A stretch of DNA of 64,000 nucleotides. It comes from Okamejei kenojei. Lineage: Eukaryota. Where the stretch lies: NCBI GenBank assembly GCA_035221665.1, contig CM069168.1, forward strand, positions 9,114,001 to 9,178,000, written 5' to 3'. The notes beneath the pieces were generated by a model. That model saw nothing but the letters and a program-made list of their open reading frames with translations, had not been told where the DNA came from and searched no databases. The translations under genes were made by a program, and so were the position numbers. The number at the start of each line of letters is the position of its first letter. The first letter of the stretch is position 1. This document shows positions 49,205 to 62,687 of this stretch, one piece after another.

Positions 49205-50440
49205 AGATAATAGATAGACAATAGATAATAGGTGCAGGAGTAGGCCATTCGGCCCTTCGAGCCAGCACCGCCATTCAATGTGATCATGGCTGATCATCCC
49301 CAATTAGTACCCCGTTCCTGCCTTCTCCCCATATCCCCTGACTCCGCTATCTTTAAGAGCCCTATCTAGCTCTCTCTTGAAAGTACCCAGGGGACCGGCC
49401 TCCGCCCTCGGAGGCAGAGAATTCCACAGACTGACAACTCTCTGTGAGAAAAGGTGTTTCCTCGTCTCTGTTCTGAACGGCTTATCCCTTATTCTTAAAC
49501 TGTGGCCCCTGGACTCCCCCAACATCAGGAACATAAGATCCCCTCTCATCCTTCTAAACCCCAGAGTGTACAAGCCCAGCTGCTCCATTCTCTCAGCATA
49601 TGACAGTCCCACCATTCCGGGAATTAACCTTGTAAACTTACGCTGCACTCCCTCATTAACAAGAATGTCCTTCCTCAAATTAGGGGACCAAAACTGCACA
49701 CAATACTCCAGGTGTGGTCTCACTAGGGCTCTGTACAACTGCAGAACATTTATCCACATTAAACTTCATCTGCCATGCACCTGCCCCTCCCCCAACCTGT
49801 CCATGTCTCCCTGCATTTTCATAGCATCCTCCTCACAGTTCACACTGCCACCCAGCTTTGTGTCATCTGCAAATTTGTTAATGTTACTTTGAATCTCTTC
49901 ATCCAAATCATTGATGTATATTGTAAATAGGTGCGGTAAACATTTATGTAAACATTTATCCACAAGTCATTCTGCCTGTCATTCTGAAAGGGACCTGTTA
50001 ATCCCTACTCTTTGTTTCCTGTCCGCCAAACAATTTTCTATCCATGTCAGCACTCTACCCCCAATACCATGTGCCCTAATTTTGCCCACTAATCTCCTAT
50101 GTGGGACCTTATCAAATGCTTTCTGAAAGTCCAGGTACACGACATTTCACTGACTCTTCCTTGTCAATTTTCCTTGTTACATCCTCAAAAAATTCCAGAT
50201 TAGTCAAGCATGATTTCCCCTTCGTAAATCCATGCAGATTCGGACCGATCCTGTTACTGCTATCCAATTGTGCAGCTATTTCATCTTTTAAAATTGACTC
50301 CTGCATCTTCCCCACCACCGATGTCAGGCTAACTGGTCTATAATTCCCTGTTTTCTCTCTCCCGCCTTTCTTAAAAAGTGGGATAAAAAGCTACCCTCCA
50401 ATCCACAGGAACTAATCCTAAGTCTATAGAACATTGGAAA
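49205..50440 (-). mobile_element. CR1 LINE 3' portion
   Basis: RT remnants (KFADD, LVRPHLEYC); ATAGACA-type tail. Confidence 0.88.
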
Positions 50441-52660
50441 TTTTACTTCGGAATCACATGAGTGACTACGTGAAGAGCCCGCCAGCCCGCATGCACGTCA
50501 TTATCGTCTAACGCATGGCGCATGACTGGCTAGGTGGCGCACTGCTCCTCCAGCGGTATGTTTAAAAAGGCCCTACAGGTAAGTTTGCACTTATTCTGAA
50601 GTCGTTTTTTGTTCTGCAATCTTGATTGCAGAATGGCAAATTTCCGATTACTATGGAAACGTCCAGGGTGAAGTAAAAACGGGCTGCAGGGAAACTGGCT
50701 ACAGAGCACCGCGGGATTGTGGGTACCCGGCGGCCATTGATTTCGCCACCTGAGTCGCTGATGGTACGGTCAGCGGCTTCCAAGTCAGTGCCTGTGGAGA
50801 ACACTATGGTTCCCCAGAAAGGGGGAAAAACCAAAAAAAAGTACTGGACTACCTCCGAATACAATGCACCTGGGAACTGTGCTTCGCTAAGTGTACCGGC
50901 TGTGAACAACTCGATTTGGGGATATATTGGAGGGGCATCAAGGCCCAGGAAGTAACACTCCAGAGAATCCTCAAATTGCTGGCCTCAGGCATAACAGCGT
51001 TTGCCAGGTCCGTGGATGGGGGTTCATTGTCGGATGTACAACAGGATGCCCTGGCATTAATGTGCAACGCACATGTTGAGATCAATTGCTTCTGCAAAAG
51101 TGCCATCCGGCTTGCCCTGAACCCCAAATTTGCGGAGTTGTGCAAATCTAGCAACATTCAGCCGCCGAATCTCCTCTTCGGAGAAAACCTGCCAAAAACA
51201 GGTCAAGGACCTCGATGAAGAAGCAAAAGCTGTCAGGCTGATGAAGGCGCCATCGACCGGCAAAGCTTATCAATTCCGGCGGCAGCACCCCTACGCATCC
51301 ACCAGCAGAAAGTGGTTTGCTGAAGCTGGTGAAAGCTCGAGGGCCATATATTCTGGCCAGAAGTATTTTTTAGGCCGAGGCCCAGCACCCGGCCAGCCCT
51401 CTTGGAAGATGCGCCATTTGCGCCATCCAGCACCCCTACCCCCAAAACCTCAGAAACGAGGGTTTCGGGGGCAGAAATAAAAACCACAAAGCTACCGGTA
51501 ACTATGGAGGTAGGTGGGTCTGGTTCCTTCTGGAACATGGGGTGTGTGGACTGTTTACAAGTTGGTGGGAGATTACACTTGTTTTTGAATGAATGGAGTT
51601 GGATAACGTCAGATCCGTTATGCACAGTATACAGGGGTTCTAAATCGAGTTCCTTCCCAAATCATTGCCACCCACATAGCATGCACCAAACCGGACGGTT
51701 TGTTCATTCACAACAGGAAGATTTGGATGTACTAGCAGAAATTCAAAAGTTACATTCACAAGGGGTAATTGAGAGGTCGAGTCATGAGCCTCACGAATTT
51801 GTTTCTAATATATTTACAAGACAAAAGAAAGATGGAGGATGCCGTATCATCCTTGATTTGACTCAGTTTAACGCTTTTGTGCAGTATAGACATTTAAAAA
51901 TGGAAACCTTCGATACTGCCAAACAACTGATTTCCAAAGGATGCTTTATGGCATGCATCGATCTCAAAGATGCATACTATTCGGTACCCATTCATAGGGA
52001 TCACCAGACATATTTGAAGTTTAACTGGATGGGGCAACTATGGAAGCTTAGAGCGTTGCCTAATGGGTTTACATCAGCCCCAAGATCATTTACCAAATTG
52101 TTAAAACCGGCACTTGCACTTCTCAGAGCTCAAAAACATATTGTTATGGCATACTTCGATGATATCATAATTATAGGAACAACTCTGAAATTAGCTAAAT
52201 TAGCGGTTTCAGCCACTAAACTCTTGTTTGAGGGATTGGGGTTTCTCATCGATCCAGATAAATCGAAGTTGATACCATCCACAGTTATTGATTATTTGGG
52301 GTTTACTATTAACTCTGTTCACATGTCTGTGACTCTGCGCTGGGGCAAGATATTAGAATTAATAGAAGCCTGTAACAACCTTGTTGTTGTTGAGCAACTG
52401 TCTATTCGACAGGTGGCCAGGGTAATTGGCAAATTAGTGGCTTCCTTTCCAGCTGCACAGTTTGGGCCTTTGCATTCTCAGAATTTGCATCATGCAAAGG
52501 AGCAAGCACACAAAGGTCATGCAGGTCATTTTAACAGACCTATGCAGCTACCAGCCGATGCTATTTCTGAATTACAATGATGGACGACCAATATTTGGCA
52601 TTGCTCCAATACTATTTTCGTCCGCACGCCTTCAGTTATATTACAAACTGATGCTAGTGT
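50441..52660 (+). mobile_element. Second DIRS1-like element (different subfamily), internally deleted and 3'-truncated
   Basis: TTTTACTTCGGA terminus; ORF1 remnants; RT ORF 51402-52580 (IDLKDAY, YFDD); ends at RNase H TDAS. Confidence 0.9.
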
Positions 52661-53049
52661 GTTGTGTTAGTTCAATTTTTCCTTTATAGTTTATACTGTT
52701 TCTACTGAGTTCAATGTTTCCGTTTAGCAGTCTTATTCATGTCCACGAGAAAACATATGTCTCCTTCCAATTTAACACAATGTAGCCCACCCAACAGGGC
52801 TGGAGACCAGTCCATTCAGGGAGAATTCTAACCCTTACCTGATTTCCGCTCTGCGACATTTTAGCTTGAATTCTTACTTTTCCTTTTCCTAATATTTGAT
52901 CCTCGACTGAACAAATAACTCATACTTAAGTAGAGGATATTTATTTACTAACTCTTGGATGTACCCAATATTTTTCAATTTCCATTACAGGCATCTGCTC
53001 ATATCGGTTTTACATCTTCAGTAGGTGGATAACTCACTGTTATACAGAG

Positions 53050-54395
53050 AATTGTGAGGTGTTGCATTTTGGGACGTGGAACAAGGGTCGGACATATACA
53101 GTAAATGTTAGGACTCCGGACAGTGTTGGCGAGCAGGGGGATCTAGGAGTACGTGGATGGTTCCTTGAACGTTGAGTCGCAGGTAGATAACGTGGTCAAA
53201 CAGGCTTTACGCACTTTGGCCTTCATTAGTCAGAGTATTAAGTATAGAAGTTGGGAGTTCATGTTGCAGTTGTATAAGACGTTGGTTCTGGGCACTATGT
53301 TATAGGATAGATATTGTCAAACTTGAAAGCGTTCAGAAAGGATTTACGAGGATGTTGCTTGGACTGGAGGGTGTGAGCTATAGGGAGAGGTTGAGTAGTC
53401 TATTCCATGCAGAGCAGGAGGAGGAGGGGTGGTCTTATAGAGGTGTACAAAATCATGAGAGAAATAGATCGGGTAGATGCACAGAGTCTCTGGCCCAGAC
53501 TAGAGTTATCGATAGCCAGAAGACAGGTTCAAGGAAATTATTTAATAGGAATCCGATGGGTAACCTTTTCACACAAAATGTGGCGGGTTTGTGGAACAAG
53601 CTGCTAGAAGTGGTAGTTGAGGCTGGGACTATCCCATATTTAGACAGGTACAAGGATAGTACAGGTTTGGAGGGATATGGACCACGCGCAGGTTAGTCAA
53701 GGTCGGCAGAGGAGCGGCGGGTGAAGGAGTGAGTGAGGGTATTGGCTGGGGAATGTAATTGACAAAAAAAGGTAAGTTAGCGAATTGGTCAATTTATCAG
53801 CTGATATAAGCAAGGCTAGCTCTAGAGGAGCGGCCTGTCGGGGTGCGGCCTTGTCGAGAAAAGCACAAGCCTTTGGCTCGAGCATCTTCATAGAGGAGGC
53901 TGTGGGAGGAGACTGCGCCAAAAGTTGGAGAGTGTGAGACGCAGGTAGGCTGATTGAGTGCGATGCTTGCACGATGTAGGAGGATAGGGACACTGCTGGT
54001 ACTTCTGCAAGTGTCCTGGTTCTGCTCCTGAAGGACCGTGTTGGGGCACTGGAGAGGCAACTGGATGACCTCAGGATCATCCGGTAAAACGAGATTTTGT
54101 TGGACAGGACATACAGCGAGCTCGTTACACCGAAGGTACCGGAATAGAGGTGGGTGACGATGAGGAAGGGAAGGAAGCTGTGGATTATAGGAGACCCCGG
54201 GAGACAAATTGGAAATATAAGGATGGAGTTAAAGGGAAAGAGAGTATAGGAAAAGTTAAGAAAGACACCAGAATTAACAGGGCAGGAAGCTTAAAAAAGG
54301 GACAGGGGAGCGTGACCAAGTGAAATAGGAATCGATGTGAAAGGTGAGGTGAGTAATGGATTAAAAGTATTATATATGAATGCGCGAAGTAAAAG
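53050..54395 (+). mobile_element. CR1 fragments (3' end, ORF1 remnant, ORF2 start)
   Basis: Homologous to 29090-30060; GLKVLYMNARS at 54358. Confidence 0.7.
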
Positions 54396-54760
54396 AAGTA
54401 TAATGAATGGCGCAGCCGGGTCCAGTCACCGTCAGCTCCTGGAGAACCGCCCTCTCAAGGTGGCGCGGCCGCGTCCAGTTGCCGTCGTGGCAGCTCCGCG
54501 GAGATTGTGCGTTTTTTAAACTATCACGTTTATTTTAATATATTTCAGACTAACACATCAGCACTAACACTCTACGATCGTAAAACACTTTTACACTTAT
54601 ATTTCTTTTTTTTTTTTGTAGACACTTTGTTCACCGATCCAGCTTGGCCGCAGAAAACCTAAGAGAAATCCGCGGCAACAACGATGGGAGCGCGGCTCCG
54701 GGAACAAGTCGGAAATAACATTGAGGTAAGCGGGAGGAAATTTGGAACAGGCTAAGACCT

Positions 54761-57700
54761 TGTTGAGTAAATCACACATACTCACAGATCTGATATAACA
54801 ATATTTATTAAGAAACGTATGTTACTCCTATCATGCAGAAGTACTGACTGACAGCGCATGTTGGGTTGCGATAATATTAATGGCGTGGTCGTAGGTGTGA
54901 CTATAAATAATAAAGCACCACATTAGTTAGTAGGTAAAGTAACAAAACTACATATTTCATGTAACAATATAAAAGGAAACACAATGAAGTGATATATATG
55001 TAGAAGTACGTTATTCGGTGCTGACTGATTAGTAATGTAACCGAAACGCTAATAGCGCATATGGGGAAGTACGCATGATTTAAACAAAGTCCCAGTATCT
55101 AAGGGGCGGGCAACAAACCCATCCCGTGCGCATCGGTACAGATCCGCATCTCCTCCCTTCACCGTGCGGCGGGAGCACTGGGTACCCGGGGCACAAACAC
55201 GGCGAGGCAGGCGAGCGGAGCACTGTGTGGTGGTGAGCGAGATGGAGTAACAATCATAGAAACATAGAAACATAGAAAATAGGTGCAGGAGTAGGCCATT
55301 CGGCCCTTCGAGCCTGCACCGCCATTCAATATGATTATGGCTGATCATCCGACTCAGTATCCTGTACCTGCTTTCTCTCCATACCCCTTGATCCATTTAG
55401 CCACAAGGGCCACATCTAACTACTTCATAAATATAGCCAAAGAACTGGCATCAACTACCTTCTGTGGCAGAGAGTTCCACAGATTCACCACTTTCTGTGT
55501 GAAAAATGTTTTTCTCATCTCGGCCCTAAAAGACTTCCCCTTTATCCTTAAACTGTGACCCCTTGTTCTGGACTTCCCGAACATCAGGAACAATCTTCCT
55601 GCATGTAGCCTGTCCAACCCCTTAAGAATTTTGTAAGTTTCTATGAAATCCCCCCTCAATCTTCTAAATCCTAGCGAGTGCAAGCCGAGTCTACCGTCTT
55701 TCTTCACATGAAAGTCCTGCCATCCCATGAATCAGTCTGTACTGCCTCTGTACTCCCTCTATGGCAAGAATGTCCTTCCTCGGATTAGGAGACCAAAACT
55801 ATACACACTACTCCAGGTGTGATCTCACCTTCGATCTGCAGTTTCAGACAAGGTACGGGAGGCATAAGCAATAGGTCTGCTTCGACAGAATTCTGCGGCA
55901 AGCAGCTCCAAGTCCATACTGGGAAGCAGCACACGTGAGTGTCACTGGTAGGTTTAAATTGAAATAAGCAGGGGGAGGGGCACTGGACGATAGTCATTTA
56001 AGCATTTGGAATGCCCTCTGGTGTTGTGGGTACCAAGACCATGTAGCATCCTTGTGAGTTAGTTGTCGCAGAGTGGCAGATATTTCGCTGAGGTTGGGAA
56101 TGAATTTCTCCAAGTAGTTAACCGTTCCCAGGAATCTCTGCAAACTTGTCATGTCAGTGGGAACTGGTATCTCGTTGAAGCCAATGGTCGTGGAGAGGTC
56201 AGGTCTGTGGCCGTCACTGGTGAATACGTGATCAACAAACAGGACCTCCTTGACCTGGAATCTGCAGTTCACAGTGTTGAGCTTGCGGTGGATGTCTTTT
56301 GCATTGTCCAGTACCTTTTTAAATTGGCATCATGTTCAGCCATGTCGCGTCCAGCAATGAGAATATCATCAACAATGATGGCACGAGGATACCGAGCAAA
56401 TGATGTTTCCATTGTATGCTGGAATACTTCACTAGCAGAGTTGATGCCAAAGGGCATCTGCAAGAATTTGTAACGGCCAAATGGGATGGTGAGTTTGGAC
56501 GAGTCGGGGTTCAGCGGGATCTGCCCGAACGAGCTGTTGGCATCCAGAAAAGATAACACAGAGGCACTGCCTAGCTGAGCAGGAACTTCCTCCATCGTGC
56601 ACTTTGGGTAGTGCGGGCATTTGATCGCTGAGTTCAGGTCACTGGGGTTGATACAAATTTGGATTTCTTCTTTAATTTTCTCTGTTGTGACCACCATGGT
56701 GGAATCCAGTCGGATGGGTCAGTAGCCGTGGCAATGACACCCAGGGAGACCACCCGCTGGTGCTCATTGTGTACTCTGCCACGTATAGCATGTGGCATGC
56801 GGTGTGGTGCTCGTACCACTGGTAAGACATTTGCATTGTTGACAATGTTGCATTTGATGGGTAACTTCCCGAACTTATCGTCAAAAAGTTCCGTGTACTG
56901 GGAAGTATCTGCTGGGTGGAGCCCTCGGCAGGGGAGATTTGATGGACAGGAGGTCGAAAAGTTACAGTCCTAGGTCCTGGCATGCGTTAATGCCATACAG
57001 AGTTGCAACATTCCCACGGACAATGCCACCTAGCTTGTGATGCTAGGTAGCATTTCAGCTCAGCTTTTCCAATTGGATGCACGCCCCCCCCCCCCCACCC
57101 CCTCATAGGCTAACAAAGTATCCAATGTGTTTACAATATGTTCGGCATTTTTGAATGTGTACATTCGGATAATGACATGACGTTACATTTGGCCCCGGTG
57201 TCGATATTTGCAACAGTAATGGCATTGTTGACACAAAAGTGAGACTTCAGGGTCGAGGTGCTTGTTAGTGGAATCAACCAGGAAGTGTATGTTGTGGCTG
57301 CTATCTTCATGCTCAGGGACAGTAACCGGAGTAACAAGCTAACCAGGTGCTGGTTAGCTTGTTACTCGATATCAGATTCTTCGTGAATCTGATATCGAGT
57401 TAACCAGATATTTTTACTCGATATCAGATTCTTCGTGTTTTAACATGTGCCTTGGGAATGCGCGATTCCCATGGGCTAGACAGCATTTAATGAAATTGTT
57501 TCTTTTTTTGCAAAAATGGCATCGTTTTCCTAAGGCAAGTCACAGTTCACAATCTGGGGGGTACAATCCGCCACAGTTAGAAGACTTTTCGATAATTCTT
57601 TGAGATTGTCGAGATGATGTGTGGGACTGGGAGTGTTGTTTCCGGTAGGAGGCGTCGGTAGCATCAATACGGTATGAGGAATGAGGTCCGGGCCCCACTG

Positions 57701-58547
57701 ATTTAGTGTGAGAGTCTGTGAGCAATACGCCAAGCATGTTCAGCTCTGGCCAGGGTTAGTTTCAGTATCACGTACTTTATTACTGAGGATTCCACCCAAC
57801 AATCTATCTCAGACGAGTTCATCACACAGATTCGCAAAACGGCAGCGTGCAGCAATTTGTTTTGGAGTGCTGATATAAGTCTCCACAGGCTCACCTTGCA
57901 GCAGATTTCGAGCAAAAAAAAAAGTATGTTACAGAACGGAGTTAGTGCAAAGATCACATAACTGTCTGAATTTGGTGATCAGAACATTGGGATCATCAAT
58001 AGTTTCAGCAGGTACCACAATCTGGTTGTTGTGATCCAGAACTGCAGGAGCAAAGTCGAAGCGCTCTGCTCATTTGATAGTTTCTTGGCCAGCGATGTTG
58101 AGAAGGATAGAGTTACGTTGGTCTGGTGGAACGTTGCGATGAGCAGCACGGATGTAATCGTAGAAATCACGCTCGAAAATCCGCCAGCGTTCAGCGAGGT
58201 CTGAGTCAAAAATCAGAGGATCAGGTTAACGGAATGAGTTGGCCATAGCAACACCAGAAAATGAACATAAATAAAACACTGGAAATAAAATAAAGCCGAT
58301 ATACTTAAACGCGGCATGGATTGACCACGTCTGACACCATGTTGAGTAAATCTTATATACTCACAGATCTGGTATAACAATATTTATTATGAAACGTATA
58401 CAACACACTTAAGCATGTTACTTCTAACATGCACCAGTACTGACTGTCAGCCCATGCTGTGTTGCGATAATATGAATGGTGTGGTATAGGCGGAGCTTAT
58501 AATAATAAAGCACTACATTGGTAGGTAAGTAAAGTAACCAATGTACA
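54761..58547 (-). mobile_element. Gypsy element, duplicated copy of 9139-12745
   Basis: LTRs 58340-58547 and 54761-54952, same PBS and same Rex/Babar flanks. Confidence 0.93.
55256..55828 (-). mobile_element. CR1 3' fragment replacing part of Gypsy pol
   Basis: (ATAGAAAC)n tail; ORF 55420-55728; absent from the left Gypsy copy. Confidence 0.85.
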
Positions 58548-58640
58548 GTGCACACGCCTACCGTCCACCTCTGCCCAGCATTCTTCTTACTAATGACCAA
58601 TCCCTGTAAAACAACATGGATGATCTCAGGTCGAGGATTA

Positions 58641-58844
58641 AGGGCCTGTCCCACTTGGCCGTCATTTACGCGACAGGCCGATGACGCGCGAAGATTTCGT
58701 GCAGCACGAAATCCTGGCGCGCTAGGCGATACCGCGCGCAACTCCACACTCCTCCACGACACACCATGCGCCCGTCCCGCGCTACACACACGCTACCAGG
58801 TCGCGTAAATGGCGCGCAATTGACGGTCACGCGGGACAGGCCCT
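58641..58844. mobile_element. MITE, duplicated copy of 8831-9044
   Basis: TTA-AGGGCCTGTCCC...GGGACAGGCCCT-TTA. Confidence 0.75.
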
Positions 58845-59975
58845 TTAATGTCTAATTACTTCTTAAAGGCTACGGTAGTCCCTGCCTTAACTACCTTCTC
58901 CGGCAGCTCGTTCCATACACCCACCACCATTTGCGTGGAAATGTTACCCCTCCGATTCCTATGAAATATCTGTCATTCACCTTCACCATATTCCCTGGTT
59001 CTCGATTCCCCTACTCTGGACAAGAGACTCTGAGCGCCTCCCGGTCTATTCCTCTCATGATTTAATACATGTTCTTAGAATTATTAAATTGTTTTTACGT
59101 GCACGCACTGCAACTTCCATTTTCTCTGACACTCCTGATCCCAAACGCGCCACACCATTTCCGAGAGTCTTCTCTTCCTCCAGCCCATTTATTCACTGGT
59201 TTGTGAGGGACGATGAGGCCTTAGTCCCCATTTTCAGGCACAACGCATCAAATCCTTAGAATTTATCACTTTTCTTGTTCATTGACAGATTTCGTAGTTT
59301 CATCTTCTTACCAATGATATTTTCTTCAATTTACATTTTCTCAAAAAACACTGAAGTTCTCAAACATCGTTTCCCATCGCCTCCTGTATCTCACGCCCCT
59401 TTCTTATTGAAATAATGGGTCAGTAAATGATGGCAGAATAGAATAGGCAGTGGGAGTGGATGGGGGGGAGGGGGGGTTTAATTTTAAAGACAGAAAGTGC
59501 TGGGGTGACTCTGCGGGTCAGCCCTGAGAGCAGCCGGGGATGCGGCCACACGGACGAAGGGTCACAACCAGAAATGTGCACTTATGTTCTCCAAAGTTGC
59601 GGCCTGACCCAGCGCACTGAAGAGCCCGTGCCGAGTCATTCTAAGGTTTGCTTCGACGCCCTTTACAATCCTTCATACAATCTCTTCCATCCTCCCCCGC
59701 CCCCTCTCTCCCTCCCTCCCTCCCTCCGCCAAGCCTTCCCCAATGATCACCTCCCAGGATCAGCTCCCGGCCGAAGCTTCCCCGTGTATCGGGGTTTGAT
59801 ACAGAGAAGTAGAGAGCCCGTGGTCAGGACCACTCTGTCTACTATACACGTCAATTCTCAACACATCGCCAATCGACACGGCTCACACCCTGGCATCTGC
59901 GACGCCAACAGAACCCATGCGTGCAGGTTCAACCGTCGCGGTCAGATCCTGTGAGCTAAAAGGCGGATTATTTAC

Positions 59976-60093
59976 CGCTCGCAGCATTTATAACCCGTGC
60001 GCGCACACACGCACCCCCAGCAGTTAGTGTTCATCCAATTTTCTCCGAATTGAGGAGCCGTTCCGTCGTTTGTGTCAACGCACGTGCCCTTAG
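59976..60093 (-). pseudogene. MSMB/PSP94-like copy 2: orphan exon 3
   Basis: KGTCVDTNDGTAPQFGENWMNTNCWGCVCARTGYKCCER with intact splice sites; exon 4 segment deleted at ~59445. Confidence 0.8.
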
Positions 60094-60699
60094 CTGTTGG
60101 TGACAAAGACAGCGGGTGGTCAGTGTGTCTTCGGGGATTGGAGTGACCGAGGGGGTGGCAGGATCGTGGTGTTGGCTCAATACGAACGCACCCTGGAAAT
60201 GAGCCATTCAGACCACTGGGAAGAGCCAGGGTCCATCCACGTGTGTACTGACCCGGACCTGGCACTTGGTTGCACGGTACCAATTCTCTTCCTAACTTAC
60301 GAGTCTGCTCATCTCGTCCCACTCTCCCCATCTGAACCCTGGCAACCTTCGCTACAAGCTTAGAGAGCGCATCACATGAAACTGTACCTCCTTCCTCATC
60401 AACGTTCAGAGTCCTAAACAGCTTTTCTCAGGCGCGGCGGCGATTCACGTGCATCTCCCCCAAGGTGGCGTGTTCGTTCATCTAACACCGACCAGTTACT
60501 CCAGCATTTTGTATCGAATAATACAACACTGAAACAGGCTTTCGGCCCACAATGTATGTGCTAAATATTATGCCTACCATGCTCTCCCAACCCGGCCGCT
60601 TCTCCCCATTGTTTGAGCGGCCAACCTCCTCCCCAATGGTACCGCCTGCAGCCAGTTAATCTCCGGTCTCGAGAACCGGACTTTCATTTTTAGTTTAAG

Positions 60700-61015
60700 A
60701 TCAATGTGTCCTATATACTCAACAAGGTCGGCGGAGTTCTGGTCCCACCTTTCAACCCATTAGCCCCCACAAACAGCACACCATCCTTGTCCACCTCTGC
60801 CAGTTCCAATGGGATCTCATCCCCAGCCCAATCACCGACTCCCCTGCCCTTTCTGCTTTCCGCGGGGACCACACTCTTCCTGACTCACAAATCTGTTCAT
60901 CCCCTCCCACCCTCCCCTCCTGACACTTGGTACATTTTTCTGCATACAGAGAGACTGCAATACTGAGACCCTACCCCTCCTCACGCATCATCATGCAGGG
61001 CCAAGACAGTCTTTT
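60700..61015 (+). mobile_element. Degenerate Penelope-like fragment
   Basis: Resembles the shark PLE segment CCCTTTCTGCTTTCCGC..GACCAC; recall-based. Confidence 0.4.
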
Positions 61016-61479
61016 GCAGATGCGGTAAAAGAGTCGGACGGGATAATTTTAAGGGATATAATGGGCCAGTTTCTCAGGCACAAATAGCGCTAGGTGTCTG
61101 GAACCCGTTGCCAGGGGCGAGTGTTGGGATCTGCCTTGATTTTGTTTTTTTAAAGATGCTTTTCGATGGGCGCGTGTGTATGCAGGAAATGAATGGTTGT
61201 TGATCACATGTAGGCATAAATGATTGGATTATGTCGGCATCGTATTTGGCACAGACATTGTGGGACTAAAGCCTGTTCCTGTGTTGTATTGGTTGAAGTT
61301 CGATGAACGAAGACGCCACGTTGGGCGAGATGCACATGAGTCTCCGTCTCGCCTAATAGCTGTTTTGGTTCAAGTCAAGTCAAGAGAGTTTGTGATTTCA
61401 TACCGCTGCTTTGAAGTTTGCTGCGCATGCGGCCTGGCATGCCATCAGGCCCAGGCGCTTTCCGAGGGTTCACCCCCCT

Positions 61480-61860
61480 GAAGGAACTTCTGACGTCGGC
61501 CTCTGTGTCTGTGACTGAAATACCATCACGCTGAATGGGGCTCAGGACGGCGCATCACTGTTCTCCCTGTCAAAGCGTGCGTAAAACGCATTGAACTCGT
61601 CCGGGAGTGATGGTTCGCTGACAATTGAGCTGCCTCCTGATTTCGCCTTGTAGGAGGTGATGGCATTCAAACCCTGCCACAGTCGCCGAACATCCGTCTC
61701 ATCCTTGGAGCAGGTCCTTTTTGGCCTCTTTGATGGCCTTACCAAGGTCGTGTCTGGATTTCTTCTAGACCTCTGTATCTCCAGACTTGAAAGCCTGGGA
61801 TCTGGACTTCAGAAGAGTGCGGGTCTCATTGTTCATCCAAGGTTTATGGTTGGGAAACAC
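61480..61860 (-). mobile_element. Rex1/Babar-like LINE fragment
   Basis: RRLWQGLNAITSYK..SLPDEFNAFYARFD. Confidence 0.7.
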
Positions 61861-62551
61861 TCTGAAGGACTGGGAGTCTATTCCTTGGAGCGAAAGAGGA
61901 TGAGGGGGTGTTCTTATAGAGGTATAAACAATCATGAGAGGAATAGATCGGGTAGACGCATGGATTATCTTGCTCAGAGTGGGGGAACAGAAACATAGGA
62001 ACGTAGAAAATATGTGAATGAGTCGGCCATTAGGACCTTCGAGCTAACACCAACATTCAACATGATCACGGCTGATCAACCAATTTATAGCCCGTTCCTG
62101 CTTTCTTCCTATATCCCCTGACTCCGCTCAGTCACTTGACCTGTCCAAGTCACGCAGCCTCATAGCATCCTCCTCGAAACTTGGAGATGTTACATTAAAT
62201 TCCTTCGTCTAAATCGTTAATACATATTGTAAATAATTATATGGAGAACCAGAGGGCATTGGTTTAAGGTGAAGGGAGAAAAAGTTAATAGGAACCGGAG
62301 GGGTAACGTTTTCCACACAAAGGACCATGGGTGTATGAAACAAGCTGCCAGAGGAGGTGGGTCTGTTGCAATATTTAGAAAACAATTAGACAGATACATG
62401 GATATGGGGCAAATTCAGGCCGCTGTGATTAGTGTAGATGCTACATGTTTGTCGGTGGAGGCAAGTTAGACCGGAGAGCCAGTTGTCGTGCTGTATGACT
62501 GTATGACTATGATGATTAACTATGATAGTGTGACACCGCCTCTTATCCGAA

Positions 62552-62558
62552 TATATAA
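62552..62558 (+). promoter_or_regulatory. Candidate TATA box for MSMB-like copy 3
   Basis: TATATAA ~130 nt upstream of ATG|GTATGT with no intervening ATG. Confidence 0.35.
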
Positions 62559-62687
62559 GACACAGGCAGCATAAGAAAAGATTGGAAAACAGTTTCTCGA
62601 GAACGGAGAAAGAAGTCTGCAGGCGGTGCTATCGATACTGAGGCTGTCCGCGCAGATATTGGGGAGAGGCGGTCTGGTTAGGTGATT

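Larger units (their letters stand above)
43850..60281 (-). repeat. Right outer arm of the inverted segmental duplication
   Basis: Homology to the left arm ends at GGTACC (60276-60281 vs 4677-4682). Confidence 0.9.

Noticed and set aside
50441-52660. DIRS at 1-3618 and 50441 as part of the inverted duplication
   Set aside because: Proteins clearly diverged, positions not symmetric, flanks differ; independent insertions
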